This document shows, one piece after another, positions 58,219 to 64,000 of a stretch of DNA of 64,000 nucleotides. Source of the DNA: a virus (Duplodnaviria > Caudoviricetes); the IMG/VR virus record IMGVR_UViG_3300012984_000010; one strand, written 5' to 3'. A model generated the notes under the pieces. It saw only the letters and a list, made by a program, of their open reading frames with translations, was not told the origin of the DNA and did no database searches. Both the position numbers and the translations under genes were made by a program. Numbering within the stretch: the first letter of the stretch is position 1; each line of letters begins with the position of its first letter.

Positions 58219-58834
58219 TAGAGCCAACAGCAACCGATCTAAACCGATTGCCCAACCAACACCTTCAGCATACCGACCGCCTCCGGCGATCTGCTTCTGA
58301 GCGCCAAGTTTTGGGCAAGAGGCTTCGAAGCCGTCTTCTGTGTAGTACCCTAACCCACGCTTCACGTTTGAATCAAAAACGTAGGTAACACCCAACCTGT
58401 CTAAGCAACTACGGAGCAGGTCTTCTACTTCTAGGCGATCAGATGATCGATCCCCATTCAACAATTCTACCCCTACCTGGGTGAATTCTCGATATCGGCC
58501 CGCCTGTGGACGTTCGTACCGATAACACCTAGAAACGTAGAACACGCGCATAGGCCCACGCTGAGACTTGCTCCATTCGTTGTTCCACATCTCTTGGATA
58601 AGAGCCGTCACCTCAGGGATGAGGCATATGGGACGTGCCTTCTTGTCAGGGAAGCAATACATCTGCTGGAGGATTTCTTCTCCAGCTTTCGCTATGAAGG
58701 TATCCTGTCCCCAGATGACTGGGACGATCACTTCACTGAATTGAGCGTCCGTGAAGCAACCTCCGCAAATCCTCCGTTACACGGGAGAAACGGGCGGCAT
58801 CTTCACCTACAATCAATCGTGTTCCACGTAACAT
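58216..58834 (-). CDS. Minimal HisRS-like class II catalytic core, split by a +1 frameshift
   Basis: Frame 1 (58834-58733) MLRGTRL..; frame 2 FSEVIVP, CLIPEVTA, YRYERPQAGRYREFTQ.GVE, RGLGYYT, GGGRY, GWAIGLDRL. Confidence 0.8.
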
Positions 58835-58851
58835 GATGGTCTCCATTCGGT

Positions 58852-58924
58852 TGGTGGAGCCGTCGGGAGTTGAACCCGAAAAAATTGCTTGCAAAGCAAT
58901 CCTGTAGACCCGCTACACGACCCC
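58852..58924 (-). tRNA. tRNA-Ala(TGC)
   Basis: G3.U70, ATTGC-TTTGCAA-GCAAT, CCA. Confidence 0.85.
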
Positions 58925-58925
58925 A

Positions 58926-59009
58926 TGGTGCTCCAGGAGGGACTTGCACCCCCACGTCACTAGGACATTGGCTTCTAAGACCAACACGGCTGCTATTACG
59001 TCACTGGAG
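58926..59009 (-). tRNA. tRNA-Leu(TAG)
   Basis: TTGGT-CTTAGAA-GCCAA, long variable arm, CCA. Confidence 0.85.
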
Positions 59010-59042
59010 CAATTTAGAGCGTTCGAGTGGATGGTTCGGAGA

Positions 59043-59113
59043 TTTTGCAACGGGAGTTGAACCCGTACCGTTTGATTTCAATTCAAATGCTCTACCATTG
59101 AGCGATGCTTGTG
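59043..59113 (-). pseudogene. tRNA pseudogene (acceptor stem unpaired; loop ATTGAAA)
   Basis: Intact D, anticodon and T arms but only about 3 bp of acceptor stem. Confidence 0.55.
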
Positions 59114-59135
59114 TGAACCAGCTTAGTGAACGCTC

Positions 59136-59210
59136 TGGTGGAGTCAACCGGAATCGAACCGGTTTCTGCTGCGTGCGAGGCAGCCGCTCTCCCAATTGAG
59201 CTATGACCCC
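59136..59210 (-). tRNA. tRNA-Ala(CGC)
   Basis: G3.U70, GCTGC-CTCGCAC-GCAGC, CCA. Confidence 0.93.
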
Positions 59211-59214
59211 ATTC

Positions 59215-59307
59215 TGGTGCTGTTGAGAGGATTCGAACCTCCACGGGAACAAGTAAGTCCCTCTTGCTTCTGAGGCAAGCGTGTCTACCAGGTTTCACCA
59301 CAACAGC
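59215..59307 (-). tRNA. tRNA-Leu(CAG)
   Basis: CTTGC-CTCAGAA-GCAAG, long variable arm, CCA. Confidence 0.92.
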
Positions 59308-59484
59308 GTATCGGTTATCGTTCCACACAGCGGGAATGGTGTTGTTTGAACCACTTCCACCAGCGCCAGTAAGTTAGTTGGCCCCTAGCTAGATACAACC
59401 CAGGGACCCACGTCGAAGTAGCCTGACAACGGCTGCAATGAGCCGTATTGTGAGGACCTAGGGTGGTCCACTCTTTTCTGCTAG

Positions 59485-60474
59485 TCATAGTCTATTGAGA
59501 CGATCGATCGCTTTGGTCAATTCGTTTCGTGTGACGGCTAAGCTTAGCCTTACCATCTGAGGGTCTCCGAAAGGAGCGCCATCCATCACATTGACCTTAA
59601 CTCGTTTGGCGTCGAACCTAGGGCCTTTCTGACACCAGCCGAACATGCCAACGGAAGGTTTCGGGATCAACACATCTGGGTTAAGGTCTCGTAACTTCTC
59701 ATGAGCCCAAGCCAGATGATGATACATTTCTCTTGAGAAGGCTTTGCGAAGCTCTGGGTTACGTTTCTCAGCCTCAACGATCGCCAACAAGACTCGTTGC
59801 GAGGCGGTCGAGATCCCAGCAGTGGTGGCTTCTACGAATGAAGTAAGATCGTCATAGTAGACAGGGTTGTGACAAACCACCCACCCTAATCGTAACCCTG
59901 ATAGCCCGTACATCTTAGATGCGCTGAAGACCTGTATATCCCCAAGTGCAGTTAGACGGTAATCGTCTGGCAGGTAACTCTCTGTGTAGTAGGCCGCATC
60001 ATGAATGATTGGCACCACATCTTTGCAGAAAGTTGCTGCTTTGGCTTCTGACAGAACGAACCCGTCAGGATTGTTAGGCATCACCAGCAAGTTGGCGTCT
60101 GCCTTGGTACCGTCAGTCACCGACTTCAATCCGGCCCTGGCCATCATGAACGGGAAAGAGGCCCAATAGGGTTTGCGGTAAGCAACAGATCTTGCCCCAT
60201 GCTGACGGACCGCATGCAGGGCGGCGAAGATGCCGTGCTTTGCTCCTACCGTCATCACCACGGGGGCTTGGTGCCTTTCCTCCAAAAGCTTCACCAAAGG
60301 GCCGTAACCGTTCGGAGGGGCATATTCCCAAATCTTAGGCAAACTCTCAAACGACAATTCATCTAGATCGAAAGTCTGGAGCACCAGCTCGCGGAGTTGG
60401 TGCGGTTCACCTATCCCCAGATCGATATGGTCGGCTGGCAGATGGGTTCGGGCCATCAACACATCGTTGGACAT
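59485..60474 (-). CDS. PLP-dependent class I/II aminotransferase
   Basis: IDLGIGEP, NNPDG, DAAY, SASKMYGLSGLRLGW, RLS. Confidence 0.92.
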   Translation of the reverse strand: MSNDVLMARTHLPADHIDLGIGEPHQLRELVLQTFDLDELSFESLPKIWEYAPPNGYGPLVKLLEERHQAPVVMTVGAKHGIFAALHAVRQHGARSVAYRKPYWASFPFMMARAGLKSVTDGTKADANLLVMPNNPDGFVLSEAKAATFCKDVVPIIHDAAYYTESYLPDDYRLTALGDIQVFSASKMYGLSGLRLGWVVCHNPVYYDDLTSFVEATTAGISTASQRVLLAIVEAEKRNPELRKAFSREMYHHLAWAHEKLRDLNPDVLIPKPSVGMFGWCQKGPRFDAKRVKVNVMDGAPFGDPQMVRLSLAVTRNELTKAIDRLNRL

Positions 60475-60537
60475 ACCTTGGAGGATCCAAAATAGGGAAA
60501 ACCGACATTTCTACCGATTAACCCGTGTATAAAGATC

Positions 60538-61008
60538 ATGCGCAAATCTCGCACCCTAAAGGGTGGTTGGGTCTCTCCCGCCGATCTGCCGAAAGGTCCT
60601 AACGGTAGAGCCTTATGTCGGTATTGTTCCACCGAAGTACCGTCCAATCGACGCACCTTCTGTTCCGAAACATGTGTCTCAGAGTGGAAAATACGATCTC
60701 AACCAGGCTACGCCAAACAGCTGGTCAAGCAGCGTGATGATGGGATTTGCCAAATATGTCGCAAGGATTGCTTCGAAGGGTATCGAGGCTCCAGAGCTCA
60801 TAAGAGAATCAAAGGCCTGTTGAGATTGTTCGACATGGATCACACCATCCCAGTTGTGGAAGGTGGGGGATCCTGTGGCCTGGACAATCTGCGTACCTTG
60901 TGTCGTCCCTGTCACCTGATTGTGACTGCTCAGCTGGCCGCTAGGCGAGCTTTCAGACGGAAGAGTCTCAAGTGGTTCGTTGGTGTACGAAAACGAACTA
61001 AACGATAA
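60538..61008 (+). CDS. HNH endonuclease
   Basis: CRYC, RDDGICQIC, DHTIPV.EGGG....NLRTLC..CH. Confidence 0.9.
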   Translation: MRKSRTLKGGWVSPADLPKGPNGRALCRYCSTEVPSNRRTFCSETCVSEWKIRSQPGYAKQLVKQRDDGICQICRKDCFEGYRGSRAHKRIKGLLRLFDMDHTIPVVEGGGSCGLDNLRTLCRPCHLIVTAQLAARRAFRRKSLKWFVGVRKRTKR

Positions 61009-61020
61009 ATTTTGAAGGCG

Positions 61021-61148
61021 TTCGAGAAAAGAGAGCGGTATGTCTGTTAGGACGGTCTATTGAACCGGTGCGTCTGCCATTCCGCCACCCCTTCATAAAG
61101 TGAAGGGGGCAGGATTCGAACCTGCAAAAGCTTGTGAGCTCTCTCGAA
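61021..61148 (-). ncRNA. Y-RNA/YrlA-like circularly permuted tRNA mimic
   Basis: Order: T arm, then CCCCTTCA-loop-TGAAGGGG closed acceptor, then D arm GCG-GAATGGCAGA-CGC; termini pair (TTCGAGA-GAGC / GCTCTC..TCTCGAA). Confidence 0.8.
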
Positions 61149-61162
61149 GTGAATGCCTTCAG

Positions 61163-61261
61163 TGGACGTAACCGGATTCGAACCGGCGTTTAGGGCTTTC
61201 GGCCCTTGTTCTACCTTCTCTCATTGGCTGCGCAACCGCCGAGAAATTGAACTACACGCCC
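61163..61261 (-). tRNA. tRNA-Phe(GAA)-like with ~30-nt hairpin in the D loop
   Basis: GGGCGTG/TACGTCC, GTTC/GAAC D stem around an insert, loop CCGAAAG, normal T arm. Confidence 0.55.
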
Positions 61262-61301
61262 AATTGATTCAATGAACGGATCGTGATTGGAGAAGTTAAG
61301 G

Positions 61302-61373
61302 TCGGGGTGAGAGGAATCGAACCTCCACATTCTTGTACCCAAAACAAGCCGGCCACCATTGCCGAACACCCCG
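61302..61373 (-). tRNA. tRNA-Pro(TGG)
   Basis: CTTGT-TTTGGGT-ACAAG. Confidence 0.88.
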
Positions 61374-61489
61374 AGATTCGCCCTACCGCCCGCTTCGCAG
61401 CCTTTCGGCTCAGCTACTAGGTAGGACTTCTTGTGAGGTAGGCAAGGTTCGCTCCGGAACGTTGACCCTGATGACCATCTCACAAGCAG

Positions 61490-61560
61490 CACGGTAGGAG
61501 GGAATCGAACCCATCTCTGGAAGTTTTGGAGGCTTCTTGGTCGCCATGACTCTCTACCGT
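61490..61560 (-). tRNA. tRNA-Trp(CCA)
   Basis: Loop CTCCAAA, ACGGTAG/CTACCGT. Confidence 0.8.
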
Positions 61561-61678
61561 ATAGGTGGCCTTAAGTATCATGCTCTCCAGGTTCGGCTGA
61601 GATAGATTGAGGGCGGGCCACGCAGCCTCTTCACCAGCTTCAGCTATCCTTGGAAAGCAACTCTGAGCAGTCAGAGGG

Positions 61679-61756
61679 TGGAGCGTACGGGGATCGAACC
61701 CGTTCATATTTGGGACCATTTAGGCTTTACCAATATGCGTCGCCAGATCACGCCCC
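61679..61756 (-). ncRNA. Mini tmRNA-like / Ala-acceptor RNA (tRNA-like domain only)
   Basis: GGGGCGT/ACGCTCC with G3.U70, no D stem, CGAC before a long helix, T arm. Confidence 0.45.
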
Positions 61757-61758
61757 GG

Positions 61759-61831
61759 TGGAGCACCTGAGAATCGAACTCAGCAACAGGACTGTATCAG
61801 AGTCCTTCGGCTACCTTGCCTGTCGTGCTCC
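61759..61831 (-). tRNA. tRNA-Ile(GAT)
   Basis: GGACT-CTGATAC-AGTCC. Confidence 0.8.
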
Positions 61832-61997
61832 ATTAACTATGTCGGGAATTGAACCCGACCACTTTGCGTCCACAGATCCCCTATTTAGGCTTAACTTGTC
61901 GTACGCACAAGTCTGTTTCTGACGGGAGGGCTTGCAAGTCCCAGATCACGATCCTGCGATCATTGCGACCTTCAAAGTGTGTGCACCAGCAACCATA

Positions 61998-62072
61998 TGG
62001 TGGACCTGAGAGGACTCGAACCTCCAACACCATCGCTGCCAGCGATGTGAACTCCCATTGTTCTACAGGCCC
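61998..62072 (-). tRNA. tRNA-Ala(GGC)
   Basis: G3.U70, CATCG-CTGGCAG-CGATG, CCA. Confidence 0.9.
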
Positions 62073-62132
62073 ATTGGCGCCCCGCGACAACCGAAATTGA
62101 TCGTGAGACTTCTTGCTTAACCTTGCAAGCAG

Positions 62133-62205
62133 CAGACGCCCAGAGAATCGAACTCTGCCAGTCGGATTTGGAGTCCAACTCGCCAGCCTTGGAACATTGG
62201 CGCCT
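62133..62205 (-). tRNA. tRNA-Trp(CCA), second copy
   Basis: TTGGA-CTCCAAA-TCCGA. Confidence 0.88.
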
Positions 62206-62367
62206 AAGTGTCAGTACGGGTACGGCCCTGACAGCCGGTTGACTTCTCGACACCCGTTGTGAGTCAACAGACCTTCTGTGGACTCACGTCAACTAATGAT
62301 TCGATCTCTCTCGAACTGTCGCACCACTCGCAGCAGGTGTCGCTCTCCCTTAAACCCGGGACGGTAG

Positions 62368-62441
62368 CGCCTCGTAGGGGTAACGCTCCCCTTTCGACAT
62401 AGCGTGACAAGCTACCGGCGATACTTATCGCCTCACGAGGC
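62368..62441 (-). tRNA. tRNA-Asp(GTC), non-canonical T loop
   Basis: GTAGC-TTGTCAC-GCTAT; T loop AGCGTTA. Confidence 0.78.
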
Positions 62442-62596
62442 ATTGTTACTGTTTGATACTCTGCCAGTCGAGGGAACTAGTCTCGACTGCTCCCAATCTT
62501 TCGATTGAAGCAGAAGGCCCCGAAGGGCTCTCGAATCTCGAAGGTGCTTTTCCCCACCACAAAGGTAAGGTCTACACGGATTTCTCAAACAATAAG

Positions 62597-62670
62597 GGTG
62601 ACTAACGGGGATCGAACCCGCCTAAGACAGATTCACAGTCTGCCACAATCACCAGATTGCTATAGCCACC
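62597..62670 (-). tRNA. tRNA-His(GTG)
   Basis: G-1/C73, GCAGA-CTGTGAA-TCTGT. Confidence 0.9.
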
Positions 62671-62806
62671 ATAGATTTCGAGATTGGGCCAGACAGTTCA
62701 CGCCATCTGATCGTCTCGACAGGACACCGCGGCAGACCGCCTACATCCTGCTTTTACAGCACTAAGGACACATCCCGTGAAAGAGGTGTTCCCGTAACTC
62801 CGGTAG

Positions 62807-62877
62807 CGTCCCTGGAAGGAGTCGAACCTTTCACAAGCTGATTTAGGAAATCTGCTGCCAGTTCCGCTGGCAAGGAC
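62807..62877 (-). tRNA. tRNA-Arg(CCT)
   Basis: Loop TTCCTAA, GTCCTTG/CAGGGAC. Confidence 0.78.
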
Positions 62878-62882
62878 ATTCG

Positions 62883-62972
62883 TGCAGTCGAGAGGATTCG
62901 AACCTCCACGCCCATTTTTCAGAGCGACACCTTCTCAGGGTGTTGTGTCTACCATGGTTTCACCACGACTGC
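62883..62972 (-). tRNA. tRNA-Leu(GAG)
   Basis: ACACC-CTGAGAA-GGTGT, long variable arm. Confidence 0.92.
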
Positions 62973-62976
62973 ATAG

Positions 62977-63061
62977 TGGACGTCACGGGAATCGAACCCG
63001 CCTGAGATTCAGCGTTCCTCCAGCACGGAGGCTTTCAAAGAAGCTCTCACCAGTAACGCCC
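62977..63061 (-). pseudogene. tRNA-like element with rearranged interior
   Basis: GGGCGTT/GACGTCC acceptor and T arm; no canonical D or anticodon arms. Confidence 0.45.
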
Positions 63062-63066
63062 ATTCG

Positions 63067-63150
63067 TGCCGATAGAGGGAGTCGAACCCCCATGCCCCTA
63101 AGGGCGGTTGATTTTGAGTCAACTGTGTCTGCCAGTTCCACCATATCGGC
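63067..63150 (-). tRNA. tRNA-Leu(CAA), second copy
   Basis: GTTGA-CTCAAAA-TCAAC, long variable arm. Confidence 0.92.
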
Positions 63151-63157
63151 ATATGGG

Positions 63158-63230
63158 TGGGTACCCTCGGTTACGCTCCGAGCCCTTCTGTTCTTCAGAC
63201 AGACGCTTCCACTAGGTTAGCTTGGTACCC
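63158..63230 (-). tRNA. tRNA-Phe(GAA), non-canonical T loop
   Basis: TCTGT-CTGAAGA-ACAGA; T loop AGCGTAA. Confidence 0.85.
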
Positions 63231-63276
63231 ATTAGCCTCTCATCAGGACCAGTCTAGACCAGACCTGATGAGTAAG

Positions 63277-63349
63277 TGACGCAAGCCGGTTACGATCCGA
63301 GCCAAAATCAGATTGAAAGTCTGACCACCTCACCAGAGGAGATTGCGCC
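63277..63349 (-). tRNA. tRNA-Glu(TTC), non-canonical T loop
   Basis: TCAGA-CTTTCAA-TCTGA; T loop ATCGTAA. Confidence 0.8.
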
Positions 63350-63351
63350 AT

Positions 63352-63429
63352 TGGTTGCGGGAACGGGATTTGAACCACGTGACCTTCAGCTTATGAGGCT
63401 GACGAGCTACCTGACTGCTCTATCCCGCA
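63352..63429 (-). tRNA. tRNA-Met(CAT), initiator-like body
   Basis: Close to the fMet body (GAGCAG..GGTAGCTCGTC, GAAGGTC, CCCGCAACCA). Confidence 0.88.
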
Positions 63430-63471
63430 ATAATTGTAGTAAGCTACTTCTTTCGCCCCGCTTACAATGGG

Positions 63472-63546
63472 TGGAGCCTACGGTTGGAATCGAACCAACT
63501 TCTCCACGTTACAAATGTGGCACCTCACCATGTAGGCGTCGTAGGC
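63472..63546 (-). tRNA. tRNA-Thr(TGT), second copy
   Basis: GCCTACG/CGTAGGC, loop TTTGTAA. Confidence 0.82.
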
Positions 63547-63549
63547 AAA

Positions 63550-63954
63550 TCACCAAACCGAGTAATCAGAGGCCCAGAGTATGCCTTTCTGCTGATTACT
63601 GAGAGGGGTTGTTAATCTGAGGTGTATTGTAGCTCGCCCTTTTACCCCTAACATTGTTGAAGGTATGTAGTAACATTTGTCAGAGGTAAGGTCGTAAACC
63701 GAAATCCAATCCAGCTCATCTTCTGTGTACTTATGAACTGAATGTTGATTAGCAGACCTACAAGGGACTTGAATCACCTTCCCATCAGATTCTACGTACT
63801 TACACTGCACACGTTCTAAACGTCCTAGTCTCAAAACAACCAAGTCGTAACGCCAATCCTCCCCTACCGGAAGGGCTACCTTGTAGCCTCGCTTCAGGAC
63901 GTCAGCCATAATCATGGCTTCGCCTATATCACCTTTTCGCTTCGTTTCAGCCAT
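63550..63954 (-). CDS. PD-(D/E)XK endonuclease (group I intron/homing type)
   Basis: GDIGEA, GY.V..P....YDLVV, RVQCK. Confidence 0.85.
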   Translation of the reverse strand: MAETKRKGDIGEAMIMADVLKRGYKVALPVGEDWRYDLVVLRLGRLERVQCKYVESDGKVIQVPCRSANQHSVHKYTEDELDWISVYDLTSDKCYYIPSTMLGVKGRATIHLRLTTPLSNQQKGILWASDYSVW

Positions 63955-64000
63955 AAGGCCTCCTGTTTCAGAAACAGGAGGTCAATAAAGGCATTATTGT

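Noticed and set aside
37740-63602. ORF-track ORFs overlapping tRNA genes (e.g. 37818-38108, 46784-47184, 55978-56734, 58870-59328, 61211-63602)
   Set aside because: They overlap clear tRNA or ncRNA genes and lack motifs; 55986-56225 has a signal-like start but runs through tRNA-Pro.

Overview
This window looks like part of a large (jumbo-type) bacteriophage genome. The phage call is an inference from dense, mostly minus-strand gene packing, phage-type genes, and no ribosomal-protein or rRNA genes. 1-33 kb is a replication, recombination and nucleotide-metabolism module. It has bacterial Pol III-type clamp-loader subunits (dnaX, holA, holB), a divergent beta clamp, primase core, RecA, RuvC-like resolvase, RecD2, SbcD with a two-gene split SbcC, LigA, ThyX, NrdAB, GroEL and RtcB. 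It also has an in-frame NusG-like/5'-3' exonuclease fusion that the ORF track missed. 33-64 kb is a very large RNA-gene array (about 38 recognisable tRNAs, a tmRNA, and many tRNA-like or structured RNAs) interleaved with accessory genes. Two things stand out. (1) A compact operon encodes a TROVE-like/vWA protein, an E2-like protein, a JAB peptidase, a ubiquitin-like protein and an E1/ThiF enzyme. (2) A family of tRNA-mimic RNAs shares an ACAAGC / (A/C)CCGC motif pair; one copy has the circularly permuted YrlA/Y-RNA topology, and two with normal acceptor ends lie directly downstream of that operon. Other oddities are a frameshifted minimal HisRS-like gene, a possible mini-tmRNA with only the tRNA-like domain, a two-component signalling module, and a GGTGTA motif 8-10 nt before many start codons. 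All calls come from manual motif reading and manual folding; no database searches were run.
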